Origin: a virus
Length of the DNA: 37,115 nt
Virus record (IMG/VR): IMGVR_UViG_3300019487_000014
Span: 1 to 37,115 of that record
Direction: 5' to 3' (one strand)
Shown here: piece after piece, positions 1-8,397 of the stretch
Numbering within the stretch: the first letter of the stretch is position 1
Layout: the number at the start of each line of letters is the position of its first letter
Translations under genes and position numbers: made by a program
Notes under the pieces: model-generated
What the model saw: the letters and a program-made list of their open reading frames with translations, nothing else
Databases searched by the model: none
What the model was told of the DNA's origin: nothing

Positions 1-123
1 ACGAGCGAGCTCGGACATCCAATCGGCCTGAGTGTCAATCGGAGCGGGCGGCGGTGCGGGCTCCGGTGAAGGGAAAAGCGCGGCCGTCTCCGGGGTGATG
101 TATCCGCCGGAAAGGAGCTGTTC
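1..123. repeat. Terminal direct repeat, left copy (identical to 36993..37115)
   Basis: Bases 1-123 (acgagcgagctcggacatcc...ggaaaggagctgttc) recur at the extreme right end of the window. The repeat lies inside an ORF, so it looks like the overlap of a circularly closed assembly. Confidence 0.95.
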
Positions 124-168
124 AATTTCTTCGGGTGACGGCTGCCAAGTATCCGCGCCTCGTTCCAT
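1..168 (-). CDS. 5' end (first 56 codons) of the wrap-around ejection-type protein gene whose body is 35382..37115
   Basis: ATG at 168-166 overlaps the TAA stop of the upstream gene (TAATG). The frame stays open to base 1 (MERGADTWQPSPEEIEQLLSGGYITPETAALFPSPEPAPPPAPIDTQADW-MSELAR...). It is in frame with the ATG at 18-16, which equals 37010-37008. Confidence 0.7.
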   Translation of the reverse strand, partial: MERGADTWQPSPEEIEQLLSGGYITPETAALFPSPEPAPPPAPIDTQADWMSELAR

Positions 169-1925
169 TATGCTTTCCCCCCTTCGAGCTGTTTCGTGCG
201 CTTATTCAAGTCGGCAACGGCGGCGAGAATGACCGCGAGGCCGCGCTGAAAATTAACGTGCTTCCCGTCGGGAGTGTCCTCGACCATCGACTTTCCGGAT
301 TTCGTCTTTTCAAGATCCTGAGCCATGACGCCGACCTTCTCGCCCTTTCCGTCGCGTCCCGGATTTTTATATCTGTAGCTCTCCGCATCGAGTGCGTCGA
401 GAAAAGCCCGCACGTCACGACCGGCCGGCTTGACGTCCTTTTTCAAGCGTTCGTCCGAGGCAAGCGCGGCGCCGACAGATCCGCCGGCCTGAATCAAGCT
501 TCCCGTGATCTGAGCTCCGGATTGATTGTTCGAGGCTGTAGCATTTGAGCCCGCTGTCTCCGCGGCGCCGCCCTGCTGAGCGCCCTGGTTTCCGAGGTTC
601 GTCGCGGCGTTGATCGCGGCGTTTGTCGTCGAGGCGTTCGCGCCGATATTTGCGGCGGTGATCGCAGCGTTAGCCGCGGCGTTTGCGGCGGCGATTTGCG
701 CGCCGGCCGCAATCTCAGCCTGAGAAACGCCCGCGTTGATACTGCCCTGAGTGAGCTTCGAGGTGTTAACCGCCGATTGGTTTCCTTGCGTCGCGGCTTG
801 CTCGAGCGTCGCCTGTTGAAGCGTCCGTGTGTTCGCTTGCCCGGCGTTGAAGACGTTCGTCGACTGATCGAGTGATGCCTGATTCGTTCCGCGAGTGTTT
901 TCGGCGATCTGGTTTGCGAGATCCGCTCGGAGATTAATTTCACCCTGTTCAACTTGCCGCTGATTCGTCGCGGCCTGATTTGCGAGCCCGGCTTGTTGCG
1001 CGAGCCCGGCCTGAACTTCGGCCGCACGGTTCCCGGCCGCTTGGTTCGCGAGCGATGCCTGTTGCTCAAGCTGAGCGCGTTCCGCCGTGAGAGCGTTGAT
1101 CGCTTGCTGATTCCCTTGGGCTGATGCCTGAACGAGAGCGGCCTGATTCGCCGCGATCTGAGCTTCGATGCTTTGGCCCGAGGCGGTAACGGCTCCGAGT
1201 TGTTCCTGTGCGCTCCGCTGTTCCTGAAGGCGCGCGATCACGGCTTGCTGTGCGAGCTGTGCGCCGAGGTCGCCGGCTCCGCGAGACGCGGTCCGCAAGG
1301 CGAGGCCCGGATTCACTCCACGCTGTGACGCAATAACGGCGCGCTGATTCGCAATGAGACGATCTCCGGCCGCTTGTAACTGAAGCTGAGCGAGCGACGG
1401 TCCCTCGCCTCGAGCTTGCCGCTCGAGTGCATCGGCGAGCGCGAGCTGTTTTGTGCGATACGGATCGCCGCCGGCCCGGTCGATCTGAGCGGCGTCGATA
1501 GTGAACGCCGGTCCGACCGTTGCCGCGGTGATTCGCTCAGCCGGGGAGAGCGTCGCTCCGGCGAACCGCTCGACCTGTCCAAGATCCGGACGAGTGACGC
1601 GCTCGATCGGCGCGATTTGCGTCGCCTGAGCTCGCTCGAACTCGCCGATTTGCGCCGCTTTAATTTCTCGCGGCTTGCCGAGATCCTCGTCGTGCGTGTC
1701 GGTTCCTTCGCGAAGCGTCGACGAAGCGATCTCGCTCGTCTTAAGATCCGTGAGCGACTTCACCGGCCGGCCGTACTCGTTATATTTCGCGGTGAGCGTC
1801 TCGAACGCTTTTGTTTGTTCCTCGGGCGTTTGCGCGCCCTTCACCTTCGCCTCGAGATCCTTGAGCTCTTTGTCGCGAGCCTTGTTCAGCTTCTTATCGG
1901 CGGCGCTGCTTTTGCTTTTTGCCAT
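168..1925 (-). CDS. Fibre/needle-like virion protein: charged N-terminus, long Gln/Ala/Asn-rich helical region, C-terminal intramolecular-chaperone (peptidase S74-type) autoprocessing domain
   Basis: 585-aa ORF. The last 96 aa (SDERLKKDV...YRYK...GVMAQDLEKT...LAVILAAVADLNKRTKQLE) fit the SDxRxK / AQ(D/E)L / terminal-helix pattern of tail-fibre and endosialidase C-terminal chaperone domains. GAGGG RBS upstream. Confidence 0.8.
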   Translation of the reverse strand: MAKSKSSAADKKLNKARDKELKDLEAKVKGAQTPEEQTKAFETLTAKYNEYGRPVKSLTDLKTSEIASSTLREGTDTHDEDLGKPREIKAAQIGEFERAQATQIAPIERVTRPDLGQVERFAGATLSPAERITAATVGPAFTIDAAQIDRAGGDPYRTKQLALADALERQARGEGPSLAQLQLQAAGDRLIANQRAVIASQRGVNPGLALRTASRGAGDLGAQLAQQAVIARLQEQRSAQEQLGAVTASGQSIEAQIAANQAALVQASAQGNQQAINALTAERAQLEQQASLANQAAGNRAAEVQAGLAQQAGLANQAATNQRQVEQGEINLRADLANQIAENTRGTNQASLDQSTNVFNAGQANTRTLQQATLEQAATQGNQSAVNTSKLTQGSINAGVSQAEIAAGAQIAAANAAANAAITAANIGANASTTNAAINAATNLGNQGAQQGGAAETAGSNATASNNQSGAQITGSLIQAGGSVGAALASDERLKKDVKPAGRDVRAFLDALDAESYRYKNPGRDGKGEKVGVMAQDLEKTKSGKSMVEDTPDGKHVNFQRGLAVILAAVADLNKRTKQLEGGKA

Positions 1926-1928
1926 CGT

Positions 1929-2555
1929 TTAGAACCCTCGAGCCCGTCTCCCGAGACGGATGTAATTCATAAGATCCTCTAACTGCTGCCCCTGCTGTGC
2001 CTGATTTTGCGTTGCAAGGGCTTTCGGCGGAACGAGCGAGAGTCCGGTCGGATCGAGCCCGGCGCGCTGCGATTGAAGACGCGCCGCGAGTCCCGCTCGA
2101 GCATACTTCTGAGCGAGCAAGCTCGCCGGCTGAGAATCTTTCGGATCCTCGGCGTCCGGTGCTTCCTCTCCGCTCACTTCTTCCGGCTTGCCCGGTCCGA
2201 CAGTGCCGATCGGAGCGCCGGGATAGTAGTAACGACCGCCGTCTTTTTGTCGATTCCCCTCGGTTTGCCCTTGCTCGGCGAGCTCGGCTTTGTGCTGCAT
2301 GACCTCGGCGCGTTCTTCGTCCGTGAGATATTCATACGGCCGATTTTCTTTCGGAATGAGCGCGTCGATGCCCTTTTCTTTGATGTATTTGTCGATAATG
2401 CCGAGAAGCCGAGTTCGGAGCTCGCCGGAATAGGGATCCTTGAACTGCTCTTTGTCGACCTTCACATCCTTGATCCCGGCGACGTCCTTCACGCCGCCGA
2501 CGAGATCCTTTACTTGCTGGATCGGGTTTATCGCGTGATTAATGATGCTTCCCAT
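1929..2555 (-). CDS. Hypothetical virion (possibly internal) protein
   Basis: 208-aa ORF in the tail/ejection gene run, tightly packed with neighbours. No recognisable motif. Confidence 0.6.
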   Translation of the reverse strand: MGSIINHAINPIQQVKDLVGGVKDVAGIKDVKVDKEQFKDPYSGELRTRLLGIIDKYIKEKGIDALIPKENRPYEYLTDEERAEVMQHKAELAEQGQTEGNRQKDGGRYYYPGAPIGTVGPGKPEEVSGEEAPDAEDPKDSQPASLLAQKYARAGLAARLQSQRAGLDPTGLSLVPPKALATQNQAQQGQQLEDLMNYIRLGRRARGF

Positions 2556-2925
2556 TGGTCATCTCCTCTGTGTGAGCGGGTTGAATCGTCAGCTCGTGGC
2601 AAAGTTGCATCGTCGAGCCGTTACAGAACACCGGCCTGAAGCCGTGCGAGATGATGATCCCGAGCGACGTTTGCCAGTTTCTCGCGCCAAAATCGACCCA
2701 ACAAAGGATCGCGACAACTTCGTTCACGAGACAAAGCTTTCGCACCATCTCGAACAGCGTTTTTCCGACGCCCTTGTTCCGGTGATCAGAGTCGACGAAA
2801 AAATCTTGAATCAGACAGTTTTTTCGCCCGTTCTGAACGAAGAACCGGAACGTGATGAAGCCGTGCTCGTTGTAAATGAGCTCGGCTCCTTCGCGCTCCG
2901 CAATATACTGCCCGTAAAGCGGCAT
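2539..2925 (-). CDS. GNAT-family N-acetyltransferase (128 aa; alternative upstream start at 2955)
   Basis: Acetyl-CoA motif A, DFFVDSDHRNKGVGKTLFEMV (R/Q-x-x-G-x-G/A). The ATG at 2925 overlaps the TGA of the 993-aa gene (TGATG), suggesting translational coupling. Confidence 0.75.
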   Translation of the reverse strand: MPLYGQYIAEREGAELIYNEHGFITFRFFVQNGRKNCLIQDFFVDSDHRNKGVGKTLFEMVRKLCLVNEVVAILCWVDFGARNWQTSLGIIISHGFRPVFCNGSTMQLCHELTIQPAHTEEMTNGKHH

Positions 2926-5906
2926 CACATTGTTGCTGCTGTCCTTTGTTTCCACGTTCCTTTCTTCCCTCCGACGAGAAGCGCCATGCTTGACAAATTA
3001 AAACTTTCGTAGCTCGATTCATCCTGTGTGATGTCCTCGATCAGAAAACTTGCGGCTTCGCATTTCTGATCGCCGAGCTTAACGACGGGCTGATAAACGC
3101 TGTCGTTTCCGCCATACACGGCATCACTTCCGTAAAACGCCCCGTCTCCGTACTTCGTCAAGTCGAGGTCGACGCTCGGATTCCAGATGTGATCTTCGTG
3201 ATACGTTTGCGAGTAATTATATGCAACGGAAATCCGCAACTTGTGCGCTGAGCGAAACTCGCCGAGGAAGATCGCTCGGTAAACTCGCTGAATCGCCTGA
3301 ACGCCGGCAAAGGCGAGCCAGCTCGTTTTAATCTTGAGGCTATACTTTTGATCGATGTCGAGAAAATAGTCGGCGACTTCCTTCACGACTTTCGACGGCG
3401 AGCCGACGAGACGGCGGATGTAGACAAAAGCGTTCTTCCAGACGATCGCATCGGTCGCGCCGAACGTGTGAACGGACCAGTGACCGAAAAAGTAGTTGTA
3501 AACGAGCGTGACGTTCTCGAGTGTCGAGAAGCGAACCTCGTTCAGATCCTCGCAAACAACGGCCGAGGTCACGGTCGTATAATTCCAGAACTCGACGGGT
3601 GCGCCGATATATTGCGGCGCCGACATGTCCGAGCCGAGGAGATAGATTCCCTTTCGGCTTTTGAACATGAGGCCAAGCGGAGAGAGAACAACAGAGTTCG
3701 ACTCGACACATCCGACATCGCTCGAGACGAGCGTCGGCGGTGAGAACTCGCCGCTCGATCCGGTGTTGTCCGGTCCGGCTCCGTAAGTGTAATAAATCGC
3801 CGATTCCTTGAGAAAAATGAGCTTATCGTCGATCACGCCGAGGGAACGTAAACGACCGCCGAGCGCGTCGAGCTTGATCGTCAGCTCCTCGGAGAACTCA
3901 ACGGGCCGGCCGATCTCGTGAATTTTCGAGACGAGAACGGAGTCATCCTCGAGCCCGCCGAGAACGATTCGGTTTTGCCACTGAGCGATGAGCGCCGCCG
4001 ACGGAGCTCCGACGTTATCGAGAATCCCGCCGGTCGTGTAAAGAACTTCCCGATTGATGAGCACGGTGTCGGCGAGATCGTCGACATAATTGATCGTGTC
4101 CGCCGTGGTGTCGTTGAACGTGAGACTCGTGAGGCTCGTCGCAAGATACCACGTCACGCCCGACGCCTCGGTTCGGTAAACCTCGATATTCACGTTCGTC
4201 CGAGTGGATCGCTTCTGCGTGAGGCGAAGCGTGGGAATCGTGAGCGTGACGCGATTATTTCCCCCGGTGAGAGTGATCTGAACGTTTGGCGAGGGGCTCG
4301 AGCGGTGAATTTGCCCGGCCGAATCGGTCCACGCATAGACAATTTTATAGTTATAGGTCGAGAGCACGGTGAGCGCGCCGCCCGCGCCTTGAGCAAGCGA
4401 CGTGTTCTCCGGAAAGAGGTGAAATCCGTGCTCGATCACGCTTTGGCCGTCGTAAGTGCTCAAAACGCCGCCGATAATGTGATAATTCGCGCCGAGTTGC
4501 TCGCCGGTAAAGTTCGAGATGTCGGTGAAGTCGATTTCGGCGACCGATGCGCCCTTGAACGTGAGAAAGCCGGTGTCGTTCGCATCGAGAACCGGGTTTC
4601 GAGTGCAAGCTCCGAACACGAACACACCATCCTCGCGCTCGGACACCGTCGAAGGGAGAGATCGGAGCAACAGACCGCCCGCGAAGCCGTAAGAGAACTT
4701 CGCAACGACAAAGCCATCGTTTCGGGTGACGAAAAACGTGCTTTGAAGCGCGCTTTCATGCACAAGGCCGACGAATCCTCGGTTTGTCGTGTCCGGTGAG
4801 TAAGCCCAAGCCTTCGTCGCGAGGCCGACGGAACGCAAAAACACGCCCGCGCCGCTCGGAGTGCCCGCGTTATTGACGAACGCTTGTCGAACGAGCGTAT
4901 TGTAAGTGAGCCCGGCGCTTTGCTCGTAATAAACCTGAACCCCGGTGTCGTCCGGGAGCCTGTAGCCGGTGATCCGAGTGATATTCGCCGCCGCTTCGAT
5001 CGTGAACGGTGCGACCGCGGCGGTGAGATCGACGTTTTGAATCCCGCCGCGAACTCCGGTCGCGTTATGCCAAAGAACGAGCACCTTCGACGCTGCCATT
5101 CGCACGAGCGAGAGCGCGTTTGTCGCGTTTTCTCCGGTGATGTTGACCGTGCTTTGAACGGCGAGGTTCTCGTTCAGCCGATGGAGCCGAATATTCGTCA
5201 CGCCCTGAACGTTGTAAGCGACGGCCAAATAGGTGTCCTGAGCAATGATGTCATAATGCGGGTTTGCGCCGCTCACGCTCGAGGAGATCGCAACGAAGGC
5301 CGGAAACGGAAGCGGAAGGAGCGGGTTGATCTTCACTCCCTTGAGATCGTTCGTCGCCGTTTCGACGTAAAGAACGAACAGATTCGCACCGAAAGCGATA
5401 CAGCGCGGCCGAGTTGCCGTCGCGCTGATCTGATAATCGACGAGGGTTCGAGCTCCGGTTTCGTAATCGAACACCGTGATATAAACGCCGCCTCGAGTAT
5501 CTTCCCACGCGAGAACGCCCATGTTCCCGACGACCGCATGATCGATCTGAGTTTGCTCGTAATTGTTTTTCGTGATGTCGTCGAGACGAACTTTCGCAGA
5601 AATGCACGAGCCTTTGTCCGTCCAATTATCGCCCTGCATCGAATAGGAATAAACGCTCTGTTTCGAGAACTGAAGAAGTTCGTCGTTGAAGATGCCGAGC
5701 GCGTCGGAGTCGGCGAGTAATGACGATGAGCCGATGATCGATTGCCCGAGCGACATCGAGCCGAACCGTTTTTCAACTTTGCTCCTTTGCCGGCGCATCG
5801 CGTTCTCGAGAACGAGAAGTTTTACCGGCGGAAGAACTTTCGGATCTTCTTTGGTGTCAACTCCTTCGGCAAATTGCAGGGGTATAACTTGCTTCGCAAG
5901 CGCCAT
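2925..5906 (-). CDS. Large tail structural protein (nozzle / tail-tubular-B-like position)
   Basis: 993-aa beta-rich ORF located after the fibre genes and before the ejection-type genes. The functional call rests on size and position only. Confidence 0.55.
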   Translation of the reverse strand: MALAKQVIPLQFAEGVDTKEDPKVLPPVKLLVLENAMRRQRSKVEKRFGSMSLGQSIIGSSSLLADSDALGIFNDELLQFSKQSVYSYSMQGDNWTDKGSCISAKVRLDDITKNNYEQTQIDHAVVGNMGVLAWEDTRGGVYITVFDYETGARTLVDYQISATATRPRCIAFGANLFVLYVETATNDLKGVKINPLLPLPFPAFVAISSSVSGANPHYDIIAQDTYLAVAYNVQGVTNIRLHRLNENLAVQSTVNITGENATNALSLVRMAASKVLVLWHNATGVRGGIQNVDLTAAVAPFTIEAAANITRITGYRLPDDTGVQVYYEQSAGLTYNTLVRQAFVNNAGTPSGAGVFLRSVGLATKAWAYSPDTTNRGFVGLVHESALQSTFFVTRNDGFVVAKFSYGFAGGLLLRSLPSTVSEREDGVFVFGACTRNPVLDANDTGFLTFKGASVAEIDFTDISNFTGEQLGANYHIIGGVLSTYDGQSVIEHGFHLFPENTSLAQGAGGALTVLSTYNYKIVYAWTDSAGQIHRSSPSPNVQITLTGGNNRVTLTIPTLRLTQKRSTRTNVNIEVYRTEASGVTWYLATSLTSLTFNDTTADTINYVDDLADTVLINREVLYTTGGILDNVGAPSAALIAQWQNRIVLGGLEDDSVLVSKIHEIGRPVEFSEELTIKLDALGGRLRSLGVIDDKLIFLKESAIYYTYGAGPDNTGSSGEFSPPTLVSSDVGCVESNSVVLSPLGLMFKSRKGIYLLGSDMSAPQYIGAPVEFWNYTTVTSAVVCEDLNEVRFSTLENVTLVYNYFFGHWSVHTFGATDAIVWKNAFVYIRRLVGSPSKVVKEVADYFLDIDQKYSLKIKTSWLAFAGVQAIQRVYRAIFLGEFRSAHKLRISVAYNYSQTYHEDHIWNPSVDLDLTKYGDGAFYGSDAVYGGNDSVYQPVVKLGDQKCEAASFLIEDITQDESSYESFNLSSMALLVGGKKGTWKQRTAATM

Positions 5907-5909
5907 CCG

Positions 5910-6497
5910 TCACCTTCCCAACGCGCCGCGGAGCTGCGCCCGGTAAAAATTGCAAAGGTAAATATGATACTGAATAATCGCGCGGTTCGCATCGCAAGCG
6001 AGACGCTGTTCATCCGCTCGCCAAACTTGGCCCGGAAAGTCGAGCTCCGGATGAGCCGGGATCACGTTCCAATAACCCATGATGTTAGGGTGCCCGCTCG
6101 AGATCACGTAACCGTATAAGAGACTTTCGAGCTCCTGAATTTTCCCGACGCAAACGGCATAAGGAACGATGTCAGAGACGACGATTTCGCGCCGACAGTG
6201 CCAATAGGACTTGTGCGCGGCGAAGAACGCCGGATCGGAAAGGCCGAGCGCGGCGACAACGGGTTGACAGCCGTCCTCGGTATCGAAGCCCGGCGGACAC
6301 GGATCATCGACCGGGTGCGCGTGAGCCATCTCGACGAAATAAACGAACATCAGCCAAATGCCGAGAGCGAGAACGATCGCAACGGCGAGCCCGCCGCGGC
6401 TCATCGGTCCCTCTACGGATAAGGGTTCGAGACTGTCGTCGAACAATTCGCCGGCTGAAAGGGCTGACTGCATTTTACCCAGGTTTTTTTCTTGCAT
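5910..6497 (-). CDS. Membrane-anchored Cys-rich protein of unknown function (195 aa from the ATG with an AAGGAG RBS; ORF track extends to 6548)
   Basis: One TM helix (GGLAVAIVLALGIWLMFVYFV) followed by about 135 aa with 6 Cys. AAGGAG lies 8 nt upstream of the ATG at 6497. An 85-nt non-coding gap lies upstream. Confidence 0.6.
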   Translation of the reverse strand: MQEKNLGKMQSALSAGELFDDSLEPLSVEGPMSRGGLAVAIVLALGIWLMFVYFVEMAHAHPVDDPCPPGFDTEDGCQPVVAALGLSDPAFFAAHKSYWHCRREIVVSDIVPYAVCVGKIQELESLLYGYVISSGHPNIMGYWNVIPAHPELDFPGQVWRADEQRLACDANRAIIQYHIYLCNFYRAQLRGALGR

Positions 6498-6582
6498 TTG
6501 TAATACTCCTTTTCGTATAGGCATACGGTTTCTCTCGCAGCACACCAATGATCCCGAAACAGTTGTCCGTTCGGGTGATAAA

Positions 6583-6876
6583 TTATGTCACCGACAGCGC
6601 CCCACTGAAGTTCGTCGGGGCTAAGGGCTTTCCCACAACAACCTGATTACTCCCGTCCGAAACACCGAAGGCGTTCACTCCGGTTACAACCGCGTACCAA
6701 ACTTTCGAGACGTCGAGATCGACATCGACGACGGTTCCCGGCGCATTGACGCTCGCCGTCACCGTGCAAGCGCCGGGAGTCGTTCCGATACAAACCTTAT
6801 ACGAATCGACCGGCACGGGCGGCGGCGACGCCGTCCAACTAAATCGAATCAGTGTCGCGAAAAGCAGTCCGAACAT
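6583..6876 (-). CDS. Small fibronectin type III-like domain protein
   Basis: 97 aa. The pattern FSWTASPPP..VDSYKV...T...Y..VTGVNAFGVSDGS matches the FN3 W / Y-x-V / Y-x-V-x-A-x-N-x-x-G-x-S signature. Confidence 0.55.
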   Translation of the reverse strand: MFGLLFATLIRFSWTASPPPVPVDSYKVCIGTTPGACTVTASVNAPGTVVDVDLDVSKVWYAVVTGVNAFGVSDGSNQVVVGKPLAPTNFSGALSVT

Positions 6877-6883
6877 AATTCAC

Positions 6884-8392
6884 CTATGTTTTAATGATAA
6901 AGTTTACAGCTAAAAACGGCGGATTTCCAGTCCCCGAGGTCATCGCCGCGTTGCCGTCGACGCCGCCGGTCACGAGTCCGACGCGCCCGGCCATCGTTCC
7001 GGTAACGTGCGTGTGTGCCGTGCTTCCGCTCGTTCCGGTGAAGTTCGGAAGGTCGACGTTGTGCGTATGGCTCGCGGAGACGCCGCCCGACGTGCCCGTG
7101 AAGTTCGGCAAATCAACAGAGTGCGTGTGCGCCCCGGTCGTGTCCGTCAGACCGATCGCCGCGCCGCCCGCTTGCCCCTTGAGGTCATAGCTGAAATCGT
7201 TCGTCGCATCGTAAGAGTCGGCGAGAACGTTCGAGTTCGTGAGCGTCGCGCTCGACAGAGCGTCGGCCGCGATAAAGTGCGAGTGATTCCCGTTGCTCGA
7301 GCTTGAAACGCTTCCATGATCGTGATCGATGCTGTGCGTGTGTCCGGCGCTTTCGTTGCCGGAAGCGACCGATCCGTGATCGTGGTCGATCGAGTGCGTG
7401 TGCGCGCCGCCGCTCGTGATATTGAAATCCGAGCCGGTTCCCATACCGTGAAAGTGCGCCGGAACGCTGTGCGTGTGATCGATGTTGCCGCCCGATCCGC
7501 CGAGCGTCGATCCGGTGCCGCTTGCCGCTTTGCCGATCGGAAAGCGTTGACGCATGTCCGGAAGGTTGAACGTCGTCGCGCCGTCGCCGATTCCGAACGT
7601 CACTCCGACGATCGCAAAAAGGCGCCCGTAAGTAGTTCGAGAAACAGCCGCTCCGTCGCACAAAAGCCAGCCCGCCGGAGCTGTAGCAGCACCGAACATT
7701 TGAATCGAGCCGACCGGATCCGTTCTCTCCGGCATGGACATTACCGCCCATCCCGAAACGCCGTCGGATATGAACATCCAAGCGCCATAAGGATCGGAGA
7801 GAGAGCGGTTCGCGTTGACTCCGTCAATCGTGTTGGCTCCGTTCGGAACGACTGTTATCGCATTGGTTCCGCTCGATCCGATGATGTCCTTGAGAATGAA
7901 CATCACGACGGTCGTCGCGGCCGGAAGGTTGACCGTGCGCGCGGCGCTCGTGTCTATCAGAACGACTTTTTGAGCGTCCGCGGCCGAGATCGTGTAAGGG
8001 TAAGCGCCCGGAGTCGTCGTCGAGAAAGCGTTTGAGATCGAGGTCACGACGGAGGTTCCGCTCGTGATCTGAACCGGCGCGCCGGCCGCGTTGTTCCAAT
8101 AAAGATTACCGTCTTTTGAATAGATCGCGCGCACGTCCGCCGGATCGGCGAGAACGGCCGTCTGTTCGTTGTACCGGGACGAGCGGAGAGAAACGGCATC
8201 GTTTCCGCTGAAGGAAAGATCGGAGTTGATGTCGAGCCCGCTCGGCGTGATGCGAACACCTTTGGCGCTCGAGTGATCGTGCGCGTCGAGCGCGTCGATT
8301 ATGACGTTGAGCATTTGCGCCCAATCCGGCCCCGGCGTTACGCTCGGCTCAGCCTTTTGGAGATTCATGTTCGGAGTCGGAGAAAGCGTCAT
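6884..8392 (-). CDS. Tail fibre with phage tail-collar domain and HxH metal-binding repeats (T4 gp12/MdpB-like)
   Basis: Residues about 226-288 (GSIQMFGAATAPAGWLLCDGAAVSRTTYGRLFAIVGVTFGIGDGATTFNLPDMRQRFPIG) match the tail-collar signature. They are followed by 10 HxH motifs (HTH, HFH, HDH, HSH) and two 20-aa-period repeats. Confidence 0.85.
   Translation of the reverse strand: MTLSPTPNMNLQKAEPSVTPGPDWAQMLNVIIDALDAHDHSSAKGVRITPSGLDINSDLSFSGNDAVSLRSSRYNEQTAVLADPADVRAIYSKDGNLYWNNAAGAPVQITSGTSVVTSISNAFSTTTPGAYPYTISAADAQKVVLIDTSAARTVNLPAATTVVMFILKDIIGSSGTNAITVVPNGANTIDGVNANRSLSDPYGAWMFISDGVSGWAVMSMPERTDPVGSIQMFGAATAPAGWLLCDGAAVSRTTYGRLFAIVGVTFGIGDGATTFNLPDMRQRFPIGKAASGTGSTLGGSGGNIDHTHSVPAHFHGMGTGSDFNITSGGAHTHSIDHDHGSVASGNESAGHTHSIDHDHGSVSSSSNGNHSHFIAADALSSATLTNSNVLADSYDATNDFSYDLKGQAGGAAIGLTDTTGAHTHSVDLPNFTGTSGGVSASHTHNVDLPNFTGTSGSTAHTHVTGTMAGRVGLVTGGVDGNAAMTSGTGNPPFLAVNFIIKT
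7025..7129 (-). repeat. In-frame tandem repeat in the fibre gene: HTH(S/N)VDLPNFTGTSG x2, 20-aa period
   Basis: Residues 422-436 and 442-456. The DNA copies are imperfect (ccggtgaagttcggaaggtcgac / cccgtgaagttcggcaaatcaac). Confidence 0.85.
7307..7402 (-). repeat. In-frame tandem repeat in the fibre gene: HTHSIDHDHGSV x2, 20-aa period
   Basis: Residues 331-342 and 351-362. DNA copies are gatcgtgatcgatgctgtgcgtgtg / gatcgtggtcgatcgagtgcgtgtg. Confidence 0.85.
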
Positions 8393-8397
8393 ATTTC

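Noticed and set aside
1-123. The terminal repeat as a genuine T7-like physical DTR.
   Set aside because: It lies wholly within a continuous ORF and carries no non-coding features. An assembly overlap of a circular or permuted genome is the simpler explanation, though read-level data are needed to settle it.
7025-7402. Short periodic DNA repeats that could be mistaken for a CRISPR-like array or a DGR variable region.
   Set aside because: The repeats are in frame inside the fibre gene and encode HxH peptide repeats with a 60-nt period. There are no unique spacers, no template repeat elsewhere and no reverse transcriptase gene in the genome.
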